Source: Parcubacteria group bacterium (lineage in GTDB: Bacteria > Patescibacteriota > JABMPQ01). Taken from it: DNA of 36,039 bases. Every line of letters begins with the position of its first letter. The first letter of the stretch is position 1. Under the pieces are notes generated by a model. That model did no database searches. It had not been told where the DNA came from and was given only the letters and a program-made list of their open reading frames with translations. A program made the position numbers and the translations under genes. The DNA lies in NCBI GenBank assembly GCA_043826745.1, contig JBDRPV010000126.1:1-36039 (forward strand), given 5' to 3'. This document shows, one piece after another, positions 18,045 to 26,516 of this stretch.

Positions 18045-18677
18045 TTAGCGAGAATAATACTCCACAATAATACTAGTATTTATCTTATGGCCAATGTCAT
18101 CAGTCACGGGCTCACGTATTACCGTCCCCTTAGCCCCCTTAGAATCAATTTCGAGCCATTTGGGGATCTCTTCTTTACTAATCTCTTCAACTAAATTGGC
18201 AAATCCCTTCTTTTTTCTAGCGCCTTCTCCTACCTCAACCACATCACCGACCTTTACTTGATAGGAAGGAATCGAAACTCTTTTACCATTTACTAAAACA
18301 TGGCCGTGCGATACCATCTGCCTCGCTAACGAACGTGACTTAGCAAAAGATAAACGAAAAACAGCATTGTCAAGTCGCATTTCTAAAAGACGAATCAAGG
18401 TTTCGCCAGTAGCTCCCTTTTGCTTATTTGCCTCGCGAAAATAATTGCGTAATGGCTTCTCTAATATGCCATATAATTTCTTGGCTTTCTGTTTCTCTCG
18501 CAACTGTATGCCAAACTCAGACACTTTATTCCTCATCTGGTTTGGACCAGCTTGTCCGGGGGGATAATTTCGTTTTACTACCGCACATTTTTGCGTAAAA
18601 CAACGCTCCCCTTTCAAGAAAAGTTTCTCGCCCTCTCGCCGACACCGTTTACATTTAGGATCTAAATTTCTGGCCAT
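18045..18677 (-). CDS. rpsD: 30S ribosomal protein S4 (four-Cys zinc-ribbon type)
   Basis: 210 aa: CKRCRREGEKLFLKGERCFTQKC, then the S4 RNA-binding domain RLDNAVFRLSFAKSRSLARQMVSHGHVLVNGKRV. Confidence 0.95.
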   Translation of the reverse strand: MARNLDPKCKRCRREGEKLFLKGERCFTQKCAVVKRNYPPGQAGPNQMRNKVSEFGIQLREKQKAKKLYGILEKPLRNYFREANKQKGATGETLIRLLEMRLDNAVFRLSFAKSRSLARQMVSHGHVLVNGKRVSIPSYQVKVGDVVEVGEGARKKKGFANLVEEISKEEIPKWLEIDSKGAKGTVIREPVTDDIGHKINTSIIVEYYSR

Positions 18678-18698
18678 ATTGTTCTGTCTGGTAAATAA

Positions 18699-19226
18699 TT
18701 AAACGCGACGCACTTTCTTGGGACGACAGCCATTGTGTGGTACGGGAGTGACGTCCTTAATAGAATTAACTACTAATCCATAATTATGTAAAGCTCTCAC
18801 TGCTGATTCTCGTCCGCCACCGATTCCTCTAACGAATACATCAACGTCGCTGAGGCCAGTGTCCTTTACTTTATCAATCACTTGCTTAACTACCTGGGTA
18901 GCTGCGTAGGGAGTAGATTTCTTCGCTCCCTTAAACCCGAGAGAACCTGCACTTTGCCAGGCCACCGCATTTCCTTGCAAATCTGTGACAGTAACAACCG
19001 TATTATTATAAGTTGATTTAATAAAAACCTTACCCCGAGTCAACTTTCTCATCTGACTTTTCCGGGCAGGACTCTTTTTAGCTTTAACTTTGGTCTCCAC
19101 CTTAGCTTTAGCCGCCTTTTCCGGCTTAGCCTTAGTCTTCGACTGGGACTGAGTCTTAGCTTTATTTTTATCATCAGTAGACTTCACTGGTGATTTTTCT
19201 TCTTTTTTATCGGCTTTTTCGGCCAT
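18699..19226 (-). CDS. rpsK: 30S ribosomal protein S11 with a long Lys-rich N-terminal extension
   Basis: 175 aa. The core is GKVFIKSTYNNTVVTVTDLQGNAVAWQSAGSLGFKGAKKSTPYAA...TPVPHNGCRPKKVRRV. It is preceded by a K/A/E/T-rich tail of about 50-60 aa. Confidence 0.95.
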   Translation of the reverse strand: MAEKADKKEEKSPVKSTDDKNKAKTQSQSKTKAKPEKAAKAKVETKVKAKKSPARKSQMRKLTRGKVFIKSTYNNTVVTVTDLQGNAVAWQSAGSLGFKGAKKSTPYAATQVVKQVIDKVKDTGLSDVDVFVRGIGGGRESAVRALHNYGLVVNSIKDVTPVPHNGCRPKKVRRV

Positions 19227-19241
19227 AAATATTATTATTAA

Positions 19242-19631
19242 CTAGGTCTTTTGGGCTGACTGCTTACGACCACTACCAGCTGTTTTTCTAACATTGCCCC
19301 GGACAGTACGAGAATTAGTTTTGGTCCTTTGTCCTCTAGACGGTAAACCTTTGGTATGTCGTCCACCCCGATAACAATTTATCTCTTTCAGGCGTTTAAT
19401 ATTCAGCAAAATAACTCGCCGCAACTCTCCTTCTACCTTGTAATTACTCTCTATCGACTTCCGTAAATCATTTATGTCTGGTTCGGACAGCTCTTTAACT
19501 TTTTTCTCCGGATCAACGTTTGTCTTGGCAATTATTTCTTTACTTAAAGACTGACCAATGCCGTAAATATAGGTCAGAGCCACTTCTATTTTTTTGTCTG
19601 GAGGGATATTAACCCCCGCGATTCTTGCCAT
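19242..19631 (-). CDS. rpsM: 30S ribosomal protein S13
   Basis: 129 aa: [30 protein letters not shown]...[20 protein letters not shown]. Confidence 0.95.
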   Translation of the reverse strand: MARIAGVNIPPDKKIEVALTYIYGIGQSLSKEIIAKTNVDPEKKVKELSEPDINDLRKSIESNYKVEGELRRVILLNIKRLKEINCYRGGRHTKGLPSRGQRTKTNSRTVRGNVRKTAGSGRKQSAQKT

Positions 19632-19666
19632 ATTTTATTAGATTCCAGATATTAGATAATAGATAA

Positions 19667-19780
19667 TTAGCCTTGCCTCTGCTTATGCCGAGGATTATCG
19701 CAAACTATAAATACTGTCCCTTTGCGACGAACGACTCGACACTTATCACAAATTTTTTTTACTGAGGTTCGTACTTTCAT
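19667..19780 (-). CDS. rpmJ: 50S ribosomal protein L36 (zinc-binding type)
   Basis: Too short for the ORF track. My translation is [37 protein letters not shown], 37 aa plus TAA. It begins 1 nt after the infA stop, in the conserved infA-rpmJ-rpsM order. Confidence 0.9.
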   Translation of the reverse strand: MKVRTSVKKICDKCRVVRRKGTVFIVCDNPRHKQRQG

Positions 19781-19781
19781 G

Positions 19782-20078
19782 CTAGCATCTTTTAGTTATT
19801 CTCCCCTTGGTCAAATCATAAGGGGTCATTTCCATTATTACCCTATCGCCTGGTAAAACCTTGATTAAATACATACGCATTTTCCCCGAAACGTGTCCTA
19901 ACACCTCTTGGCCATTATCAAGCTTAATCTTAAATTTCGCGTCCGGTAGCGTTTCTAACACTATTCCTTCTACTTCAATAACATTCTTTCGAGCCGGCTT
20001 TTTGACTGGTTCTTCCGTTTCTACTGACTTATTTTTTTTACTGTCTTTCTTTCTTTTTTGGAAGCGACGTTTTGCCAT
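19782..20078 (-). CDS. infA: Translation initiation factor IF-1 with a basic N-terminal extension
   Basis: 98 aa. The S1-like core is [64 protein letters not shown]. About 26-30 extra K/R-rich residues sit at the N-terminus. Confidence 0.95.
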   Translation of the reverse strand: MAKRRFQKRKKDSKKNKSVETEEPVKKPARKNVIEVEGIVLETLPDAKFKIKLDNGQEVLGHVSGKMRMYLIKVLPGDRVIMEMTPYDLTKGRITKRC

Positions 20079-20143
20079 AAAAAAAGGTAAAGGTAATTAA
20101 AAAACCCTTTAAACGGTTTCAATTAAAATATTTATCAATTGCT

Positions 20144-21976
20144 TTACATACTATCAACAATCCTGTCCCTGTCAAGTATAATTTCAATTTTTTTCTCTGT
20201 TTTTGGCACTTTATTAACCCAAAACGGCCAGAAGGAAATTTCCACACTTATTATGTTGGAATCATTTAAAATATAATCTTTAGCTTCTTGTTCACTTTTA
20301 CCCTTAATATCTCTTTTTATTTTTTGCTCATTTATCCGCCAGGCCACTTCTTTATTTACCACCACTTTAGTGGTCAGAGCTTCCTCTTTCCCAAAATCCT
20401 GCTCGATCCTCTCAAAGGCGATACCTTTGGCCACGCCCTGATCGATAACATATTTTTCCGATGGTAACAACTGATCAAATTTTCCTGACAGTAATTGAGC
20501 CAGGTCATCTTTCTGGAAAGAAAAACCAGAGACTTTAACAGTCACCTTCATTTCAAAGTCATCCCCTTCGGTCTCAGCTTCAACACTTGATTCTGTTTCG
20601 ACAATTTCCTTCTCTAATAAATCTCGAACTAACATCTTATCACTATCCCATCCTTCTTCCAGCTCTTTACTAGCTTTATCAACTGCTTCAGCAAATAAGG
20701 CATCACGGGCATGATCCAAATCTTCAATCGAAGTTACTTTTACTTTCTGCGATGAACCACCAGCGAGCTGAGCGGTACTTTTACCATAAATATCATCCTG
20801 CTTGTTTTTAGGTAGACTAGTGATAACAAAATGGGCAGCGCCGATATTGTAATTATCACCGGGTGTTTCCGCTTCTACCCGCACTTTAACTTGTCCAGAA
20901 ATGGCTTCTCCTCCTTCTACCCGTGCCCCAGGCACTACCACATCCTGCAAAGTCACAAAAATCAATCCATTGGTCATGATTTGGGTTGAGGCAGGCAAGG
21001 ACTGCGACTCAGAAGAAAAACTGTTATAAAAAGTCACTTGACCACGGGCTTTATCGCCTACTTCTTTCTCGCCAGTGGCGGCAAACTTTTTTTTATCACT
21101 CTTATTTTCGGCTGATACTAACGTTCCGGGAATTATTGCTTTATCGTTATCAATATCGGAAACATTTTGACTGACCACTATGTCGAAAGAAGTAGAGAAG
21201 GGCTCGGTTTTAGAAACCAGTGAGATTTCAGCCTTAGGCAGCACCAGAAAAAAAACGACTCCTAAAACTACCAGACTAGTAATAAAAAAGAGGGAGAATG
21301 ACTTAATACTCAGAGAGGGTAGCAAAAATACTCTTCCCGAATAACTTTTTTTAGACTTTTTGGACGAAATGGAGTGAGATTTTTCTGGTTTATTAGCCTC
21401 CGGTTCTGGCGATTTTTTCTTAGCGACTGAACGCTGAGATTCTTTTTCTTGCTTGGTGACAGCTAATATTTTACTCCAAGCAGAAGGTTCTTTGGTTATT
21501 TCGGGCGGGGGAGACTCCATGATTGGCTGCTTGATTTTCCGACTTAAACCACGAAAACCACCTAGTTCGATTTTTTGGGAAGTGCCATCGTCAGCCGGTT
21601 CAGCAATAATATCTTCGTTGTTTTCGAGGAAGTCTTCTTGCTCAACATCAGTATCATCTTCTTCAATTGCCCCTGGTGATAAAACTGGCTCTCCTTCTTT
21701 CACCTTATCTTTTTTCGTCAAGTTAGAAAGCTTGGTTTGAGTAGCCAAGCCGGCCTTACGAGCTAAACCTCGGCCCGCCGCGTCAGTTGTCACTAAAATT
21801 ACTTTTTTCTTTAAAAGACTAGCTTGTCGTTGTAGTAGTTTTAAATTAACGATACTTTGGACAATCGAAGCTCGCCGCGGTACTAAAACATAAACAGTGC
21901 TACTGGTAGCACTGGCAACTTTATCTATCGCCGAAGTTATTTCTTCGTCTGTCTCTAAATATACTTTATCGTTCAT
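20144..21976 (-). CDS. Bitopic membrane protein of unknown function, downstream partner of ftsA
   Basis: 610 aa. A compact N-terminal domain of about 85 aa (MNDKVYLETDEEITSAIDKV...VILVTTDAAGRGLARKAGL) is followed by an acidic-then-basic low-complexity linker. One TM helix (FSLFFITSLVVLGVVFFLVLP) leads to a beta-rich C-terminal domain of about 360 aa. That domain vaguely resembles non-phage baseplate-J-like proteins (GQVTFYN...VVVPGARVEGG...VRVEAETPGDNYNI), from memory only. Confidence 0.5.
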   Translation of the reverse strand: MNDKVYLETDEEITSAIDKVASATSSTVYVLVPRRASIVQSIVNLKLLQRQASLLKKKVILVTTDAAGRGLARKAGLATQTKLSNLTKKDKVKEGEPVLSPGAIEEDDTDVEQEDFLENNEDIIAEPADDGTSQKIELGGFRGLSRKIKQPIMESPPPEITKEPSAWSKILAVTKQEKESQRSVAKKKSPEPEANKPEKSHSISSKKSKKSYSGRVFLLPSLSIKSFSLFFITSLVVLGVVFFLVLPKAEISLVSKTEPFSTSFDIVVSQNVSDIDNDKAIIPGTLVSAENKSDKKKFAATGEKEVGDKARGQVTFYNSFSSESQSLPASTQIMTNGLIFVTLQDVVVPGARVEGGEAISGQVKVRVEAETPGDNYNIGAAHFVITSLPKNKQDDIYGKSTAQLAGGSSQKVKVTSIEDLDHARDALFAEAVDKASKELEEGWDSDKMLVRDLLEKEIVETESSVEAETEGDDFEMKVTVKVSGFSFQKDDLAQLLSGKFDQLLPSEKYVIDQGVAKGIAFERIEQDFGKEEALTTKVVVNKEVAWRINEQKIKRDIKGKSEQEAKDYILNDSNIISVEISFWPFWVNKVPKTEKKIEIILDRDRIVDSM

Positions 21977-21980
21977 TTGG

Positions 21981-22050
21981 ATAGATTGTAGATGATAGAT
22001 AATAGATTGTAGATGATAGACTTTTAATGATCTGTGATCTAAAATCTATC
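21981..22050. repeat. Tandem 19-mer direct repeat plus complementary arm (AGATTGTAGAT family)
   Basis: ATAGATTGTAGATGATAGA occurs twice (21981-21999 and 22002-22020, identical). GATCTGTGATCTAAAATCTATC (22029-22050) is imperfectly complementary to one copy. The element fills the ftsA stop to next-gene start gap. Confidence 0.75.
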
Positions 22051-23312
22051 TAAGTCTGCATTATCCTTACTACTTTGCGTAGAGCTCGATGCAACATATC
22101 TTCCTCGCCGGCTAAATCGATGGCTAAATTCGCTAAGGCCATGGGAGTAATGTCTTGTTGATTAATCAACTTGCCAGTTTTATCAACAATATTAGCCACA
22201 TCTTTGGGTTGGATAAAAGAAACTCGAGGCGGCTTGGCAAAGGGCAAATTTTTCGTCCAGGTCTCGGATAATAGGGAAGACTTAATCCCCGGCAAAACAC
22301 TACCTCCGCCACAAAGTAAAATACGAGCTGGCAAAAGATCTAAATTAGAAAACTCACTTAGAGCCAGCTCTACTCCCGATAACCAGACTTTACAATCAGC
22401 ATCTAAAATATTTTTTACCTGGCGTATTTTTTGCGTTGTTAAAGATCCTTTAGAATAATCGATTTTTACCTTTTCCGCTTCGGTGAAACTAATACCTAAC
22501 TCATTTGCTACTCGCTTAGTAAAAGCCCGCCCGCCTAGGGCAAACATTTTGGTCCCTTCTAATCCCCCGTTCCGTACTACCGCAATGTCAGTTGTACCGC
22601 CACCAACGTCCATAAAGACAGCATTGAATTCGACTGAGTCTTCAGAACCAACACAACGCGCTACAGCATAGGGCTCAGCCGCAATTGAAAGCAAATCCAT
22701 ATCTAACTCGGTAGCAATGGTTTGCAGTGCCCCCAGATGAACTAGAGGAGCATAGGCATTAAAAATCGAAATTGAAACGTCCTTACCCTGAAACCCAAGC
22801 GGGTTGGTAATTTTGTAACCGTCAATTTTTACATCAACAATCGCCGCGTTGATAAGACGAACATCCATCTCGTTGTGTCCAGTTTCCCAAGAAAGCTGTT
22901 TGCGTACTTTATCAAATGCTTTCCATTGCACCTTGTGGATAATATTTTTTAATTCGGATAGGTCAATCTTCGACTTTGGCTTCAAACGCTCATAATGGAC
23001 AGTGGTGGTGGTACCCTTGACCAGCTCACCCGCAATACCTAAGATTATTTGATCAGGTCGCACTTTGGTTTCCTCAACTGCTTCTTCTAACGCTTTTTCG
23101 CAAGTACGCACTACTCCTTCAATATCAGTTACTCCCCCGGCTTGCATATCGCCCAGCCGCTGCTGTCGACGACCCACCCCGATTACTTTTCCTTTGCCTT
23201 CAGCTGCATCTATTTCAAATATCAAAGCCTTCACTACTTCTGTCCCTATATCTAAAGCTAGAGCAAAATGCCCGACCTTCTCGCGCCGAATTATTTTATC
23301 AAAAATTCCCAT
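22050..23312 (-). CDS. ftsA: Cell division protein FtsA (actin-fold ATPase)
   Basis: 420 aa. Motifs are LALDIGTEVVKALIF, GGVTDIEGVVRTCEKALEEA, VFMDVGGGTTDIAVV and ILLCGGGSVLPG. The C-terminal LHRALRKVVRIMQT could form an amphipathic membrane-targeting helix. Confidence 0.75.
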   Translation of the reverse strand: MGIFDKIIRREKVGHFALALDIGTEVVKALIFEIDAAEGKGKVIGVGRRQQRLGDMQAGGVTDIEGVVRTCEKALEEAVEETKVRPDQIILGIAGELVKGTTTTVHYERLKPKSKIDLSELKNIIHKVQWKAFDKVRKQLSWETGHNEMDVRLINAAIVDVKIDGYKITNPLGFQGKDVSISIFNAYAPLVHLGALQTIATELDMDLLSIAAEPYAVARCVGSEDSVEFNAVFMDVGGGTTDIAVVRNGGLEGTKMFALGGRAFTKRVANELGISFTEAEKVKIDYSKGSLTTQKIRQVKNILDADCKVWLSGVELALSEFSNLDLLPARILLCGGGSVLPGIKSSLLSETWTKNLPFAKPPRVSFIQPKDVANIVDKTGKLINQQDITPMALANLAIDLAGEEDMLHRALRKVVRIMQT

Positions 23313-23360
23313 AATTATATTACAAACTGCCCGTAGTTAATTACTACCAGCTGCCAGGAT

Positions 23361-23369
23361 ATTATACCA
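23361..23369 (-). promoter_or_regulatory. Candidate extended -10 promoter for ftsA
   Basis: The minus strand reads TGGTATAAT (TGnTATAAT). It lies about 50 nt upstream of the ftsA ATG and just downstream of the preceding terminator. The -35 region is weak. Confidence 0.45.
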
Positions 23370-23380
23370 TGAATGCTGGT

Positions 23381-23417
23381 AAATAAAAAACTCTATACTC
23401 GGGGATGGTATAGAGTT
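23381..23417 (-). terminator. Intrinsic terminator ending the long operon that runs from at least 30759 to 23436
   Basis: The minus strand reads AACTCTATAC-CATCCCCGA-GTATAGAGTT followed by TTTTTTATTT. It begins 18 nt after the stop of the acidic-protein gene. Confidence 0.8.
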
Positions 23418-23435
23418 GTTATTCGCTTTATTTTA

Positions 23436-24314
23436 TTATTTCTTCCCTCGCTTTATTATTTTTTCCTTTGCTGCTTTTATTTCCGCAGCTTCTCGATCGC
23501 CTAACGAACCAATTTCAGGAGCAATGACGTCAAACTGGCGCCGCTTCATGTCTTTCCATTCGTCCGAATCTACACTAAGTTCTCTCATCTGTTCTCCTAG
23601 CTGATCCCACTCTAATTCAAGTTCTTCTTTTTTACGTCTGTACTTCAGTCCAATCTCTCCGCTAGCTCGCTTAATCTCTTCTATTGTTTTTTCTCCTGCT
23701 TGGGGGGATTTTTCTGCTTGCTCCAATCTATGTATCTCTCCTGCCAACTCATTGAACTCTTTCGTCAGCCTGGCAGACTCTTTATCCAGCCCGGCGGCTT
23801 CTTCAGGCGCCAAATCGGGATCCTCTAACATTTCCTCGATCTCATCATCCCTTTTGCTTATTTCATCACGACGTTCCCGAAGAGTATTAATTCTCTCCCA
23901 TCCTGCTTCTGGCGCTTCGGCTTGTACCTCCTCAGATGAAGCAACATCTTTTATCCCCACTTCTGCCTCTCCTTTAACACTAATAGCCTCGCTCTCCACT
24001 ACTTCAAGCTCCTGCTCAGCCTCAGCCCTCGATCCCTGAGCAGCCTTGGCATCCACACTTAATTTCCCAGGTAATTCATCAACTTTTCCCAAAGCATCTT
24101 GATGACCCGCGTCAAAAGCCGTGGCGTCTTTTCCGACCTCTTCTTGTGCAGCCTCAGCTTGTTCGCCTAATTGTCTGGGGGTTTCTGCTGATTCTTCCCA
24201 ATCTTCTCCGAGAAGCTCCGCGGCTTCTTTTTCCCTCTTTCGCATTTCCTCATCAGACATTCCCTCTGATCCTTCCCCTGGGAGCTCTTCTGCTAAATTT
24301 TCTCTTGGTGACAT
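23436..24314 (-). CDS. Highly acidic Glu-rich coiled-coil protein, unknown function
   Basis: 292 aa. I count about 61 Glu and 20 Asp, roughly 28 percent acidic. There is no TM segment or signal peptide, and the C-terminus is basic (KEKIIKRGKK). I recognise no family. Confidence 0.5.
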   Translation of the reverse strand: MSPRENLAEELPGEGSEGMSDEEMRKREKEAAELLGEDWEESAETPRQLGEQAEAAQEEVGKDATAFDAGHQDALGKVDELPGKLSVDAKAAQGSRAEAEQELEVVESEAISVKGEAEVGIKDVASSEEVQAEAPEAGWERINTLRERRDEISKRDDEIEEMLEDPDLAPEEAAGLDKESARLTKEFNELAGEIHRLEQAEKSPQAGEKTIEEIKRASGEIGLKYRRKKEELELEWDQLGEQMRELSVDSDEWKDMKRRQFDVIAPEIGSLGDREAAEIKAAKEKIIKRGKK

Positions 24315-24353
24315 AATTTTAGTTAATTAATCCTGCCCAAAAATTAAAAATAA

Positions 24354-24551
24354 TTACCCTAGCTGTCCTTTTATCTCTTCAATCTTCATTTTCTCTAATT
24401 TTTTAGTATAATCTTCAACAATCTTGTCTTGCCTTTTTTTAAGCTTCTGCAACTTAACTTTAAAATCCCGCACAGTTTTCGTGATCTTATTACTCCTTTT
24501 TTGGATTTCTGCTTTTGTGAGTTTTGATTGTGTTTTTTTCAACTGCGCCAT
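24354..24551 (-). CDS. Small basic coiled-coil protein, unknown function
   Basis: 65 aa, K/Q/E-rich heptad-like sequence (KVKLQKLKKRQDKIVEDYTKKLEKMKIEEIK). It lies 50 nt downstream of alaS on the same strand. Confidence 0.45.
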   Translation of the reverse strand: MAQLKKTQSKLTKAEIQKRSNKITKTVRDFKVKLQKLKKRQDKIVEDYTKKLEKMKIEEIKGQLG

Positions 24552-24601
24552 ATTCGTAATAAATTACCATCTTTTATTATAATATAATATTTCAATCATC
24601 A

Positions 24602-26512
24602 TCACAACACTGCTTTAATCCTCCTTACTCCGGCTCCGGAAGACTGTTCTTTTTTTATAGTGAATTTACCTAGCTCTTTGGCGTTCTTAACATGTGGACC
24701 ACCACAAAGTTCGCCCGAAACATTACCAATAGTATACACTTTTACTTTTTCGCCGTATTTGTCTTCGAAAAGTCCGATTACATTGCGTTGCTTGGCCTCA
24801 TCATAGGGCAATTCCTCGCACTTTACTTCTAGCTCAGCTATAATCCACTCGTTGACTAGCTTTTCTACTGCTGCGATTTGCTCCGGCGTCATTTTATCCC
24901 CATGACTAAAATCAAAGCGCAGACGCTCAGCGGTGATATTACTGCCTTTTTGCTGCACGTGATCACCCAGCACCTGTCGCAGAGCGGCCTGAAGCAGATG
25001 AGTGGCCGTGTGGAGCTTTGTCGTCTGCTCATCAGCATCAGCCAGTCCCCCTTTAAATTTGCCGACGGAAGCAGAGCGAGAAAGGGCTTGGTGTTTTTTA
25101 AGCTCTTCATTAAAACCTTTATCATCAAACTTTACATTTTTCTCTTCGCAAAGCTCCTGCATCATCTCTTTGGGAAAACCAAAGGTTTGATAAATATAAA
25201 AAGCGTCATCTCCATATAATATATGCTGATCCCAAGACTTACCCATATTCCCAAATTTTCCTCTAGGTTCTTGGTTGAAAGCGTAGTCATCAAATTTCTT
25301 AAGGCCTTTTATCAATGCTTTTCCAAACTTCTTCTCCTCTTCCCCCAAAGCCCTAATCACAAATTCCCGCTTTTCTTTCACTTCTGGATAAACTTCCCGA
25401 TAACCATCCATTACTATCTCCGCTAATCCAACTGTCCAAGCGTCACCCTCAATCCCGATTTGCTTACCATAACGCACCGCCCGCCTAATCAGCCGTCGCA
25501 CAACATATCCTTGATCAGATTTAGATGGCTCCACGCCATTTACATCAGCCATAATCATGGTTGCGGCTCGGATATGGTCAGCAATAATGCGCATAGCCTT
25601 CTTAACATTCTCATCGCCAGAGTCATAACTTTGCCCACTTATTTCTTCGATCTTAGCAATAATCGGTACGAAAGAATCAATCTTAAACATATCAGTTACA
25701 TCCATACTGGCCATCACCATCCGCTCTAGCCCACCACCAAAATCAATATTGTTTTGCGGCAGCGGGTCAAAGCCATCTTCCGTCTTTTTATATTGCATAA
25801 AAACGCTGTTGCCGATCTCAAGAAATCGACCGCATTCGCAATTGATATGGCATGGTTGGTCTTTGTAAGGCGACTTTTCGTGCATGCCCAGCTGCTCACC
25901 AAAATCCCAAAATACCTCGCTGTCCGGCCCTCCCGGCTCACCCACTGGCATGTTAGCTGTCATGCCACTACGTGACCACCAATTTTCTGATTCATCATAA
26001 TAAAAGATTCGGCCACCGCTCATTCCCTTTTTCTCTGCCCCATCAATTATAGTTGCTTCAACACCTACCTTGGCAAAAACCTCCTGCCACAACTTAGCTA
26101 ATTCTTCGTCACGTGGCACACCCACTTCGTCTTTCCCACTAAAAGCAGAAACGTACAACCGCTTCGGATCCAGCCCAACCACCTGCGTCAAAAACTCAAA
26201 CAGCCAGGGGATTTGCTCTTCTTTAAAATAATCTCCCAACGACCAATTACCCAACATTTCAAAAAATGTTGTGTGTCGATTATCACCCACTTCCTCAATA
26301 TCTTGCGAGCGAAAACACTTTTGCGAATCAGCCAACCGCACACCCCGCGGATGACTTTCTCCTAATAAATAGGGGACCATCGACTGCATACCCGAGCCCG
26401 TAAAAAGCGTGGTCGGATCATTTTCCGGCAACAAAGAAGCCGAGGGCAAGATCGCATGCCCCCTCTGCTTAAAAAAATCGAGGTATTTTTGCCGTAGCTC
26501 GTGTACAATCAT
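24602..26512 (-). CDS. alaS: Alanyl-tRNA synthetase, short form ending after the editing domain (no C-Ala domain)
   Basis: 636 aa. The N-terminus is LRQKYLDFFKQRGHAILPSASLLPENDPTTLFTGSGMQ. The editing-domain zinc motifs HTATHLLQAAL and ELCGGPHV are present. The protein ends at GAGVRRIKAVL, where longer AlaRS continue into a helical linker and the C-Ala domain. Confidence 0.9.
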   Translation of the reverse strand: MIVHELRQKYLDFFKQRGHAILPSASLLPENDPTTLFTGSGMQSMVPYLLGESHPRGVRLADSQKCFRSQDIEEVGDNRHTTFFEMLGNWSLGDYFKEEQIPWLFEFLTQVVGLDPKRLYVSAFSGKDEVGVPRDEELAKLWQEVFAKVGVEATIIDGAEKKGMSGGRIFYYDESENWWSRSGMTANMPVGEPGGPDSEVFWDFGEQLGMHEKSPYKDQPCHINCECGRFLEIGNSVFMQYKKTEDGFDPLPQNNIDFGGGLERMVMASMDVTDMFKIDSFVPIIAKIEEISGQSYDSGDENVKKAMRIIADHIRAATMIMADVNGVEPSKSDQGYVVRRLIRRAVRYGKQIGIEGDAWTVGLAEIVMDGYREVYPEVKEKREFVIRALGEEEKKFGKALIKGLKKFDDYAFNQEPRGKFGNMGKSWDQHILYGDDAFYIYQTFGFPKEMMQELCEEKNVKFDDKGFNEELKKHQALSRSASVGKFKGGLADADEQTTKLHTATHLLQAALRQVLGDHVQQKGSNITAERLRFDFSHGDKMTPEQIAAVEKLVNEWIIAELEVKCEELPYDEAKQRNVIGLFEDKYGEKVKVYTIGNVSGELCGGPHVKNAKELGKFTIKKEQSSGAGVRRIKAVL

Positions 26513-26516
26513 CTTT

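Noticed and set aside
21981-22020. Tandem 19-mer repeat as a possible CRISPR array
   Set aside because: There are only two copies, separated by 2 nt with no spacers. No further repeats or cas genes are present.
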